A DNA stretch of 45,048 nt from Vicinamibacterales bacterium. GTDB lineage: Bacteria; Acidobacteriota; Vicinamibacteria; Vicinamibacterales; UBA2999. Below the pieces are notes generated by a model. It saw only the letters and a list, made by a program, of their open reading frames with translations, was not told the DNA's origin and searched no databases. The translations under genes and the position numbers were made by a program. Positions 1 through 8,637 of this stretch are shown here, piece after piece (the stretch's first letter is position 1; every line of letters begins with the position of its first letter). The stretch lies in assembly GCA_044238535.1 (NCBI GenBank), contig JBIIDF010000002.1:1-45048 (forward strand), given 5' to 3'.

Positions 1-1
1 G

Positions 2-472
2 CTGGTCGTGCTCGAGGCGCAGGCGAACGGCTGCGTCCCGGTGGTGACGCGATTGCCGGGGATCACCGACGTCGCCGTGGACGAGCAGGTCACGGGTTGG
101 CTGACCGCTCCAGGCAGGATCGACGAGTGTGTTGATGCCATCAGCGCCCTGCTGGATCCCGAGGTCTGGCAGCGGCAGAGCATGGCAGCCATGGCCCGTA
201 CTGCGCAGCGCTTTTCGCTGTCGGCCATGGGGCAGCGATACGAGTCGCTCGCAGCGGCACTGGCCCGTGGCGAGCACCCGATGTCCCGCCCCTACAATCA
301 ATCCGGGTCGCTGGACGATGTGCCGTTGAACTGGCAGGACCATCTGCCGGCGATGGTCCTGCGGTGTCTGCCGATCAAGACGGTGCGCGAGCTACGACGC
401 CGGAAGAACCGAGCGGTCCGAGCCTTCCGGCGCCGGACGTTGTTCACGCGCGTGCCGCCGCCCACACAGTAA
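2..472 (+). CDS. Glycosyltransferase family 4 (GT-B fold), C-terminal part; 5' end lies outside the window
   Basis: The frame is open to the window edge. The translation LVVLEAQANGCVPVVTRLPGI... is the Glycos_transf_1 donor-binding region. It is a clear paralog of the ORFs at 1460..2686 and 6457..7638, including the same C-terminal tail (RGEHP...W..HLP). Confidence 0.8.
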   Translation: MVVLEAQANGCVPVVTRLPGITDVAVDEQVTGWLTAPGRIDECVDAISALLDPEVWQRQSMAAMARTAQRFSLSAMGQRYESLAAALARGEHPMSRPYNQSGSLDDVPLNWQDHLPAMVLRCLPIKTVRELRRRKNRAVRAFRRRTLFTRVPPPTQ

Positions 473-505
473 GGAACCGAGCGATTCGCTGCTTCGGCCG
501 ATCGG

Positions 506-1429
506 ATGCCCCCGCCTACCTTCCTCATTCTTGGCGCCCAGAAATGCGGCACCGACGCCCTGTATCACGCGTTGCGACGGCACCCGGACATCGGGATGAG
601 CCCGAACAAGGAGCCGTTCTTCTTCATCATGGACGGCCGGCTGCCCGACTACCGGATCCCCGGGCCGCGGTACGCCAACCGGCTGGTATCTGACTGGGAC
701 AGTTATCTGCGGCTCTTTGCCGGTTTCGAGGGCAAGCGGGCGATTGGCGAGGCATCTGCGATCTATCTCAGCAGCTATTTTCCTGAGAAGACCGCAGCAC
801 GTATCCGCGAACGGATTCCGGACGCCCGACTCATTGCGCTGGTGCGCCAGCCGGCCGAACGGGCCTATTCTGCCTACCACTTCTACCGAGCCCGCGACTT
901 CGAACCCCTGTCAAGCTTCTCGGCAGCGCTTGCCGCCGAGCCTGCGCGGATTCAGGCGAACGACACGCCAGACTTCCGCCATCGAATGAACGGGTACTAC
1001 CATGCCAACCTGAAGCCGTACTACGAGCGCTTTCCACGGGAGCAGATTCAGGTGTGCCTCTTTGATGACTGGAATGCTGATCCGGCCGGCACATTGCGGA
1101 CCCTCTTCCGGTTTCTTGATGTCGACCCGAACGTGCCGGTCGAAGTAGACCGGCGGAATGTGACGTATCAGTATCGGAGCCAGCACCTGCATCGCGTACT
1201 CACCCGCCCGGGCCGACTCGGTACACGGTGGCATCGCCTGCTCCCCGCTGGAGTCCTGTCGTGGCTGGACCGCTGCAACCGGAGGCCGTTACCGCCCATG
1301 TCCACGGACCTGTGGCACATGCTGACTGAAGGCTACCGGGACGATATTCTCAAACTTCAGGACCTGATCGGCCGCGACCTGTCTCACTGGCTGACGCGCA
1401 AGCATTCCGGATCAACACGGGGCGTTTGA
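506..1429 (+). CDS. PAPS-dependent sulfotransferase (Sulfotransfer_1/3-like)
   Basis: The N-terminal FLILGAQKCGTDAL matches the 5'-phosphosulfate-binding loop (G-x-x-K-x-G-T). LVRQPAERAYSAYHF matches the 3'-phosphate-binding R-x-P-x-x-R-x-x-S-x-Y motif. ATG start lies 34 nt after the upstream stop. Confidence 0.8.
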   Translation: MPPPTFLILGAQKCGTDALYHALRRHPDIGMSPNKEPFFFIMDGRLPDYRIPGPRYANRLVSDWDSYLRLFAGFEGKRAIGEASAIYLSSYFPEKTAARIRERIPDARLIALVRQPAERAYSAYHFYRARDFEPLSSFSAALAAEPARIQANDTPDFRHRMNGYYHANLKPYYERFPREQIQVCLFDDWNADPAGTLRTLFRFLDVDPNVPVEVDRRNVTYQYRSQHLHRVLTRPGRLGTRWHRLLPAGVLSWLDRCNRRPLPPMSTDLWHMLTEGYRDDILKLQDLIGRDLSHWLTRKHSGSTRGV

Positions 1430-1459
1430 GTCGGGCGCACTGGCACGCCAGTCACACAC

Positions 1460-2686
1460 ATGAATATCGCGATTTATCTCAACAAGGTGCAACCACGCGA
1501 CGGCACAAGCCACTTTGCGGTTGGACTCGGGGACATGCTCATGCGGTCGGGACACGAGCTCACGCTGGTGGCGGGCATGAGGTCGCAGCCTGACGAACTG
1601 GCGCACCTTCCCCCTGGGATGACCTACGTGCATACGCGGCCAGGCCGCTGGGACGGGATGGCCCGGGACTTGTGGAGGGTGGAGCGCCTGTTCCGACAGC
1701 GCCAGTTCGATGTGGTGTTCGTGTGTCTCGGCGTTCCGCCCCGCCACCTGGCGCACGTCCTCTATCGCCTGCCCGATGCGACCGCGGTCGTACCGGTCGT
1801 CGGCACGGATCGGCTGTTTGCCTACGACCCGCTCGTACGCAGTGCCCCTGTGTGGAACATGGCGGTCGCAGAGAGCCCTCGTCTCCTGTCTGAACTCCAC
1901 CAGCGGATCCCTGGCAGCACGGCACAGGTGCTGACCACCGGCGTACCCCATCCGACCGACGCTGACCTGTCGAGACGCCTGCCGCATGGCACGCCCCTGC
2001 GGCTGCTCTTTGTCGGTCGTCTGGCTGGACGTAAGAACGTGCTGATGCTCCCGGACATTCTGGCCGGGTGCCTCCATCGCAGCGTCGATGTGACGCTCAC
2101 TGTCTGCGGCCATGGTCCCGACCGGGTGCCGCTCGAAGAGGCGTGCCTGGCGAGAGGTGTGTCGCATCTGGTCGAGTTTCGCGAAGTACCCGATCAGACA
2201 GGGCTCTACGCGACCTATCGACAACATCACATCCTGCTGCTGACCTCGAGCTATGGGGAAGGTCTCGGCCTCGTCCTGCTGGAGGCCCAGGCCAATGGCT
2301 GCGTGCCCGTGGCATCACGACTCTCCGGCGTCTTTGATTTCACGATCCAGGACGGCGTGACCGGCCTCCTGGCGGAGATCAAGCGCCCGGAGGATTTTGC
2401 AGAACAGGTGGCTACGCTGACCGGCCCTGACCGCTGGCACCAGTTGAGCGAGGCCGGGGTGGTCCGGACCCGTGAGTGTTTCACCTTCGACGCGATGGCA
2501 CGGGACTACCTCACGCTGCTGGCCGAGCTCCACCGCGGCGAACATCCCCTGCGCCAGCCGCGGTCAACAGTGGCACGGCCTCCGCTGCCGTGGACGGCCT
2601 ATCTGCCTCCACCCGTCCTGGAACGATACACGCGGCGCTTCCCTGGGTGGCAGCCTGCCGCCGCGTCCGATCCGGATCCCGAATGA
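1460..2686 (+). CDS. Glycosyltransferase family 4
   Basis: Carries GEGLGLVLLEAQANGCVPVASRLSGV (GT4 E-x7-E region). The 408 aa length is typical of GT-B enzymes. Paralog of 6457..7638 along its whole length. Confidence 0.85.
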   Translation: MNIAIYLNKVQPRDGTSHFAVGLGDMLMRSGHELTLVAGMRSQPDELAHLPPGMTYVHTRPGRWDGMARDLWRVERLFRQRQFDVVFVCLGVPPRHLAHVLYRLPDATAVVPVVGTDRLFAYDPLVRSAPVWNMAVAESPRLLSELHQRIPGSTAQVLTTGVPHPTDADLSRRLPHGTPLRLLFVGRLAGRKNVLMLPDILAGCLHRSVDVTLTVCGHGPDRVPLEEACLARGVSHLVEFREVPDQTGLYATYRQHHILLLTSSYGEGLGLVLLEAQANGCVPVASRLSGVFDFTIQDGVTGLLAEIKRPEDFAEQVATLTGPDRWHQLSEAGVVRTRECFTFDAMARDYLTLLAELHRGEHPLRQPRSTVARPPLPWTAYLPPPVLERYTRRFPGWQPAAASDPDPE

Positions 2687-4368
2687 TTCGGCGCCTCCAC
2701 CGGCGATGCCGGCGCCTGTCCTACGACTATCGCGTCTGGTCTGACTGGCTCTCAACGCAAGCGTTGGATGATGACTGGCGTGGTAGGCCCGACGGGACAG
2801 GACGACCCCTGATTTCGGCCAGCCTGTCGGTGTCGGCATCAAGGCCTCGTCATCTACGGAGGGCGGTTGCGTCCGTGCTGGCCCAGCGTTATCCGCACTG
2901 GACCCTGCACATCCGTGTCGACCCAACGGCGTCGTCCGAGGTACTCGCGATGGTGTCAGACATCGCGAGGCGGGACAGGCGGGTGACGGTCGCCCTCGAC
3001 CACACGCCGTCGACGACCTCCGTGTCGTCTGCGGATCGGGCACCTGAGACATTCCATGTCTGGCTGCATCCGGACGACACGTTCGCCGCAGACGCCTTCG
3101 GTCATGTGGCGACGACGGTGCGCACGCACCCCGATGTGCAAGTGCTCTACGGGAACGAGGACTCGCTGGGACCATGGGGCCGGCGGACACGACCACAGTT
3201 CAAGTCTGCCTGGAGTCCGCACCGACTGCGAAGTTATAACTTTATCGGACGGCCATGGTTCATCCGCGCCGACCTGTACAGCCGGCTGGAGGTGCCCGCC
3301 ACCGACCGAGAGCGCTGTGTCGACTACGGCCTCCTGCTGCAGGCCACCGAGCATGTGCCGCCCGGAGCCATTCAGCACATCCGGCGGGTGCTGTATCACA
3401 GGGGACACGACACGCACACCCGAGAGACCGACGCCAGACAGCACCACGACGTGGCCACGCGGTCACGGCACGCGGTGGTCTCGCACCTGCAGCGCTGCGG
3501 CATCGATGCCACGGTCGAGTCGATTCCGGGTTGGACCGGGTTCAATCGCATCACGTATGCGATGCCGACGAAGCCGCTGGTGAGTGTGATCATTCCCACC
3601 CGTGACAAGCTGCCGCTGCTGGACCGTTGTGTCACCGGTCTGCTGCAGCGAACGAATTATCCGGCCACGGAAGTGATCATCCTGGATAACGGCAGTCGTG
3701 AACCCGCCACGCATGCCTATCTGGCGGCGCTGGCGGGCCAGCCGCGGGTCCAGGTGCTGCGCGTCGACGCGCCGTTCAACTTCTCGGCACTCTGCAATCG
3801 CGGCGCGCGTGCGGCCAGCGGACACGTGCTCTGCTTCCTCAACAACGACATGGAGATCACGACGCCGCAGTGGCTCGAGGAACTGGTTGGCCTGGCGATG
3901 CAGCCGGAGGTCGGAGCCGTCGCACCCTTGCTCCGCTATCCCGATGGTCGGATTCAGCATCTGGGCATTCGAGTCGACCCGCCGTGGCCCCGGCTCATCG
4001 GCGACGGCTGGCGCGAACCTCTGACGCAGCGCGATGCGGCGCGGATGCACGCTGTGCACAACGTGGCCGCTGTCACTGGCGGCTGCCTGGTCACGCGGAG
4101 AGACGTGTTCGTCGAAGTGGGAGGATTCGATGAGGCCCTGCCGGTGGCGCACAATGACGTCGATTTTTGCCTGTCTGTCCGCAGAGCCGGGCGCTGGGTG
4201 GTGGTGACCCCATTCACCGAACTCAGCCACGAACTCTTCGTGTCGAGACGCGAGATGCCGAAGGCGGCTCGTCGGCGCGACTGGGAGGACGGCCTCCGCT
4301 ACCTGGCTGACAAGTGGCGTGACCAGTGGGGCCGCGATCCGTTTGAGGACGATGACGGCACGCGCTGA
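2683..4368 (+). CDS. Two-domain glycosyltransferase family 2 (tandem GT-A modules)
   Basis: The C-terminal module has the canonical VSVIIPTRDKLPLLDRCVTGLL...VIILDNGS and FLNNDME motifs. The N-terminal module is GT2-like but diverged (ISASLSVSASRPRHLRRAVASVLAQ..., LHPDDTF). I chose the ATG at 2683, which overlaps the upstream TGA (ATGA), rather than the track start at 2476, which overlaps the upstream gene by 211 nt. Confidence 0.8.
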   Translation: MIRRLHRRCRRLSYDYRVWSDWLSTQALDDDWRGRPDGTGRPLISASLSVSASRPRHLRRAVASVLAQRYPHWTLHIRVDPTASSEVLAMVSDIARRDRRVTVALDHTPSTTSVSSADRAPETFHVWLHPDDTFAADAFGHVATTVRTHPDVQVLYGNEDSLGPWGRRTRPQFKSAWSPHRLRSYNFIGRPWFIRADLYSRLEVPATDRERCVDYGLLLQATEHVPPGAIQHIRRVLYHRGHDTHTRETDARQHHDVATRSRHAVVSHLQRCGIDATVESIPGWTGFNRITYAMPTKPLVSVIIPTRDKLPLLDRCVTGLLQRTNYPATEVIILDNGSREPATHAYLAALAGQPRVQVLRVDAPFNFSALCNRGARAASGHVLCFLNNDMEITTPQWLEELVGLAMQPEVGAVAPLLRYPDGRIQHLGIRVDPPWPRLIGDGWREPLTQRDAARMHAVHNVAAVTGGCLVTRRDVFVEVGGFDEALPVAHNDVDFCLSVRRAGRWVVVTPFTELSHELFVSRREMPKAARRRDWEDGLRYLADKWRDQWGRDPFEDDDGTR

Positions 4369-4407
4369 GGCCTGGGCAGGGGTTCACTCTTCGGCGTCGC
4401 ACGGACG

Positions 4408-6441
4408 TCAGTGAACGGGGCCGCAGTCACGCCGGATGTCACTGAACATGTCACGAATGACGTTGCCGAGCACGCGTGTGGCGCCGGCCGGGCTGATGTG
4501 CGAGCTGTCGATGTACCACGACTCGCCGGGACGTCCGACGCTCGAGAGGCCATCGGGACCGAAAAAGGGTTCCGCGAGGTCGACCACTCGCACGTGGTCG
4601 CCAGCCAGGTGCGCGAAGACGGCATCTACCTGTGCCTGCCGCGCGCTGTGTGTGGCGCGGCTGACACCACGGAGATTGATGGGGCGACGAAACAGGTGTG
4701 CCTCAATGACGCGGCGGCGCCACGGGAACGGTTGCGTCGGTATCTGCGCGAGGATCCACAGCGTCGCTCCCGACCGCACGGCCTCGTCCCGCACGGCTTC
4801 CAGTCCGGCCCGCAGGAGTTCGGCGTTCGAGAGTGCCGGTGATGTGGGGGCATCGATCGGCGCGAGAGCACGTCCGGGATTGAACCACATCCCCGCAAGC
4901 ACCACATGCCGCGGGCGGTGCGTGCGCATCCAGGTCAGTACGGCCTCGGTCCAGTTCGCCATCTCCCGGGGTCCCAACGCCCCAGCGGCTCCGCGATAAC
5001 GGGTGTCCCACACGCCGAGCAGGGGCAGCGTCCCTGGGCGAAGCGCCGCAGCACCACTGATCCCGAAGTGCCGCGCTGTTGAGTCGACGAGCCCGCTGAT
5101 GGCAACGCCGTGACTGTCGCCCCACAGCAGAAAGCACGGCGTGACGGACAGTCCGTGTTGACCGACCGCCGGCAAGTGCCAGGTCCCGTCGCCTGCAGGA
5201 CGGATAGGGGCACGAAATTTGGGATTCCAGGTCGATGTCCTCGCGAAGGCCAGCAGGTGTGGTGAAAATCGTCCGGGCCATCCTCCCGAGGACCATATCG
5301 CGCCTGCGGCACACGTCACCACACCGCAGGCCGCTGCTCCTACGGCCACTACCGCGAGTGCCGTCGGCCCCCGGTCAGAGACTCGTGAGCGACGGAACGG
5401 CTGTTCGACCCACTTCCACGAGATCACCGCCAGCACGATGCTGACGAACACCGCCGCCGCCGTATATGCCAGGGAGGGGTTGGGGCCGACGACGTAGCGC
5501 AGACAGGCGAGGACGGGCCAGTGCCACAGATACAGCGAATACGAAACGCGACCTACTCCGACGAGCGGGGCAACGGCCAGCAGGCGTGTGACCGGTGGCT
5601 CTTCCACGCCGTATGAGTGTCCTGCCGCAAGCAGCAGGGCCGTGCCGAGGCACGGCAGCAATGCCGCGGCGGCGGGAAACGTCGTGGCGCGGTCATACAA
5701 ACCGCATGGCACGATGATCAAGAGGAACGCGACGATGACGACCGCGTTCAGACGACCGCGATGCTGAGGCAGGGGAACCGGCGTCAAGGCCATCAGGGCT
5801 CCCAGCAGCAGCTCCCAGGCCCGAAACGGCAGCAGGTAGAACACCGCCTCCGGGCGACTGGCAATCAGCCCCTGGCTGGCCACATACGACACCAACGCGG
5901 TCGCCGCCACAGCAGCCGCACGGTGCCGGCGGTCGAGCGACCCTGTCAGCGACAGCAGGAGTGGCCAGAGCACATAGAACTGCTCTTCGATACCGAGCGA
6001 CCACATGTGCAGCAGGGGACGCAGGTCAGACGCCGCCTCGAAGTACCGGTCGACGCCTCGAAACCAGTAGCGCACATTGGCGAGCATGGCCGTGGATGCG
6101 CCGGCATCCACGGCAACGATCGCGTAGTCCGCTGGCAGCATCAGGAACCCACCAGCCAGCAGCACCGCGGTCGTCATCAGTAGCGCCGCAGGCCAGATGC
6201 GGCGGATTCGTCGCTCCCAGAAATGCAGCAGCGAGAAGCACCCGGCGTCCAGATCTCTGGTCAACTGGGAGGTCATCAAAAATCCCGAGATGACGAAGAA
6301 CACGTCCACGCCGACGTAGCCGCCCGGCACGCCCCATCCCGCATGAAAGAGCACCACGGCCAGCACGGCTACCCCTCGAAGACCATCGATATCGGCTCGA
6401 TAGTTCAAGGGGGAATGCCCGGCCTGCATCGGCATCGTCAC
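4408..6441 (-). CDS. Fused acyltransferase-3 / SGNH-domain O-acyltransferase (OafA/YrhL-like)
   Basis: The N-terminus YRADIDGLRGVAVLAVVLFHAG is the Acyl_transf_3 signature, followed by about 10 hydrophobic segments. A soluble C-terminal domain of about 280 aa (LLWGDSHG...) fits an SGNH fold. Confidence 0.8.
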   Translation of the reverse strand: MTMPMQAGHSPLNYRADIDGLRGVAVLAVVLFHAGWGVPGGYVGVDVFFVISGFLMTSQLTRDLDAGCFSLLHFWERRIRRIWPAALLMTTAVLLAGGFLMLPADYAIVAVDAGASTAMLANVRYWFRGVDRYFEAASDLRPLLHMWSLGIEEQFYVLWPLLLSLTGSLDRRHRAAAVAATALVSYVASQGLIASRPEAVFYLLPFRAWELLLGALMALTPVPLPQHRGRLNAVVIVAFLLIIVPCGLYDRATTFPAAAALLPCLGTALLLAAGHSYGVEEPPVTRLLAVAPLVGVGRVSYSLYLWHWPVLACLRYVVGPNPSLAYTAAAVFVSIVLAVISWKWVEQPFRRSRVSDRGPTALAVVAVGAAACGVVTCAAGAIWSSGGWPGRFSPHLLAFARTSTWNPKFRAPIRPAGDGTWHLPAVGQHGLSVTPCFLLWGDSHGVAISGLVDSTARHFGISGAAALRPGTLPLLGVWDTRYRGAAGALGPREMANWTEAVLTWMRTHRPRHVVLAGMWFNPGRALAPIDAPTSPALSNAELLRAGLEAVRDEAVRSGATLWILAQIPTQPFPWRRRVIEAHLFRRPINLRGVSRATHSARQAQVDAVFAHLAGDHVRVVDLAEPFFGPDGLSSVGRPGESWYIDSSHISPAGATRVLGNVIRDMFSDIRRDCGPVH

Positions 6442-6456
6442 GGTGTCATGCCCTCG

Positions 6457-7638
6457 TCAGCGCGACAGTCGCGCCATGTGTCGGCGCAGCGCGGGAGGCA
6501 CGTGTGCCTTCCACCCCAACCTGGGGCGCGGCATCGTCCGGCGGAGCGCGGGCGCGGGCCAATGACCGTCCTCGATCTCTTCGAGCAGCGTGGCCAACTG
6601 AGCAGCCATCACCTCCCGCGAGAACATGCGGCGTGTCCGCGCAATCCCTGCAGCACTGAGCGCGGCCCGTTGCCCGGCGTCGGCCAAGGCGACGACCTGT
6701 TCAGCAAACGCCGCAGCGTCACCCTCGGGTGCCAGCAGTCCTGACACTCCCTCTTCGATGGCATAGTCAGAGATCCCGGGCAGCCTCGTCGCCACCGGCA
6801 CACAGCCATGTGCCTGCGCTTCGAGAAGCACGAGGCCCAGACCTTCGCCCTGTCCAGCCGTCCAGAGCAGACCGTGATGCTGCCGCAGAGCGCGGTAGAG
6901 TTCCTTCTGCGTCGGGATCGACCGAAACGCGAGGCGGTGCCACACCCCGGCGTCTCTTGCCATCGTTTCAAGCGGCCCACGGTCGGGTCCCTCGCCGACA
7001 ACCGTGAGCGTCACCTCGATGCCTCGGCGGTGGCACTCGGCGATGATCGGTGGCATCGCGAGCACGTTCTTGCGACCGAACAGGCGGCCCACAGACAGCA
7101 GCCGCAGAGGTGCCCCTGGGGGTGTCAGGTTCGCCGCATCCTTCAACGCGGGCTGGTCGATAGCGAGGGTCAGCAGTCGAACAGGCCTGCACGGAACACG
7201 CCGCTCCATTTCGCGCTGCAATCCGGGGCTAATCGTCAACGCTATATTCCACAGACTCGAGGTCCGCACAGCTGGTTCGTAGACGTGCTCACGGTCTCCC
7301 AGGATCACGGGCACCAGTGCCGTCGTGTCAGGCAGCCATCGATAGGCCTGCTCGAGCCCGGGAATCGGCAGACCGGTCAACACCAGCAGCACATCAAACT
7401 GCTGGGTCACAAAGATGCGCCCAATCCGTCGGATGAGCGCAGCGTCGCTCTCCCAGCGCTGTTGGCCCATGTGGAGAAACGTCCACCGGCGGCCGGACGA
7501 CTCGGCGGCATCCCTGGCCGGCACCGGTGACAGGACCGTGACATCATGGCCCGCATCCATCAGCGTCTCCGCCAGTACGAATGCCGTCGTACTGTTGCCG
7601 TCGGTCTGGACGGCACGAACACAGATGCCGACCTTCAT
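6457..7638 (-). CDS. Glycosyltransferase family 4
   Basis: Carries GEGLGLVLLEAQAHGCVPVATRLPGI and is a paralog of 1460..2686. The ATG at 7638 (MKVGICV...) overlaps the TGA of the upstream sulfotransferase gene (ATGA). The track extension to 7776 is rejected. Confidence 0.85.
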   Translation of the reverse strand: MKVGICVRAVQTDGNSTTAFVLAETLMDAGHDVTVLSPVPARDAAESSGRRWTFLHMGQQRWESDAALIRRIGRIFVTQQFDVLLVLTGLPIPGLEQAYRWLPDTTALVPVILGDREHVYEPAVRTSSLWNIALTISPGLQREMERRVPCRPVRLLTLAIDQPALKDAANLTPPGAPLRLLSVGRLFGRKNVLAMPPIIAECHRRGIEVTLTVVGEGPDRGPLETMARDAGVWHRLAFRSIPTQKELYRALRQHHGLLWTAGQGEGLGLVLLEAQAHGCVPVATRLPGISDYAIEEGVSGLLAPEGDAAAFAEQVVALADAGQRAALSAAGIARTRRMFSREVMAAQLATLLEEIEDGHWPAPALRRTMPRPRLGWKAHVPPALRRHMARLSR

Positions 7639-8627
7639 CGGAGCACCTTCGCGAGGGCGGATGGTGCCAACCGGCGCAGGGGCTGAAGCACGACGTGCAG
7701 GGGCCGGATGGTGGCATACCGCACGTGAGCGCCAATGCTGTAGGTTCGTCTGGGTCTCGCCTGAAATCGGCCCCACTGCTCACGAAACCGATCCAGCGCG
7801 AAGGCATAGAGTTCCTGGTCGTGTGCGGTCAGTTCGTGCAGTTGAGCCAGGAGCGCGGCCGGCAGCCGCTCCCGATACTGGGACGCCGTCCTGCCGCGGC
7901 CAGGGTTGGCGTTGAGCCTCGGCAGATGCGCCGGCACGGGAATGCCGAGGAGGTCGCTCACCATCAGCACCGATTCGCGATAATGCTCAGTTGTACCGAC
8001 GACATCGATCTCGGACAGCCATCGCCGAGCGTTGGCCAGCAACTGCGAGGCGTCGCCGACATCCATCAGTGGCGGTAATGGATACGGGCGGAGGACGCTG
8101 CGGCCGCTGGTGGCGTCGGCGCTGCCCTTGAAGAGCGGGGCATAGTCTTCCATCACGCCGAGTGTGCGAATCTGGCTGTCGCAGGCATGCGCGAATGCCT
8201 CGCGGTCCACACAATCCTCCAGCGGCGCGTTGACGATCGGCGCGACCGCGGCGAGATATTCCTGCGTGAACGTGTGGGGAATCTGGCGGACAGTCCGCTG
8301 CAGGTAGATCATCTGCGACACGGCCCGCTCCACCGGTTCACGGACCATCGTGATCGTCAGCAAATCGGCGCGACCGGTCATCTCAAGCAGACGGCGCCCC
8401 TGATGAAACGCATGAAAAAACCGGAAGGTACGAAACCGCTCCAGCGTCATCGTGCGCATCACGGGCGGATTCAGCCGCACGCGGTCCCAGGGTAGATAGG
8501 CACTTTCCATGAGACGCCCGAGCGAAATTCCACCGGTTTTCGGGATATGGATGAAGTAGGCCGGCGGCGGCTCGAACGTCCATGTCCTGGCGTCACGGCC
8601 GGGATGCGGTTGGAAACCTCCTGCCAT
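7635..8627 (-). CDS. Sulfotransferase family 2-like (HIPKTGG type)
   Basis: YFIHIPKTGGISLGRL is the Sulfotransfer_2-type PAPS 5'-PSB loop. MVREPVERAVSQMIY is the 3'-PB motif. The ATG at 8627 is preceded by GAGGA 7 nt upstream, and that element overlaps the stop of the upstream gene. The alternative start at 8666 lacks this. Confidence 0.75.
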   Translation of the reverse strand: MAGGFQPHPGRDARTWTFEPPPAYFIHIPKTGGISLGRLMESAYLPWDRVRLNPPVMRTMTLERFRTFRFFHAFHQGRRLLEMTGRADLLTITMVREPVERAVSQMIYLQRTVRQIPHTFTQEYLAAVAPIVNAPLEDCVDREAFAHACDSQIRTLGVMEDYAPLFKGSADATSGRSVLRPYPLPPLMDVGDASQLLANARRWLSEIDVVGTTEHYRESVLMVSDLLGIPVPAHLPRLNANPGRGRTASQYRERLPAALLAQLHELTAHDQELYAFALDRFREQWGRFQARPRRTYSIGAHVRYATIRPLHVVLQPLRRLAPSALAKVLR

Positions 8628-8637
8628 GACCGTGTCC

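Noticed and set aside
1822-2100. Two antisense ORFs with similar translations (1822..2100 on the - strand and 7004..7282 on the + strand, both beginning MSVTS...)
   Set aside because: The similarity comes from the DNA-level paralogy of the two GT4 genes they lie opposite (1460..2686 and 6457..7638). It is not evidence for a conserved antisense protein.
2476-2682. Upstream extension of the GT2 ORF (track start 2476)
   Set aside because: It overlaps the 3' end of the preceding GT4 gene by 211 nt in another frame. The in-frame ATG at 2683 forms an ATGA overlap with the upstream stop and begins a sensible N-terminus.
3463-4230. 255-aa ORF on the - strand, with similar shadow ORFs at 9974..10843, 10804..11637, 20743..21519, 22014..22769, 23707..24546, 37811..38488 and 43475..44062
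   Set aside because: All lie antisense to or out of frame with genes that carry clear family motifs. Their translations are Arg/Gly/Pro/His-biased and lack motifs.
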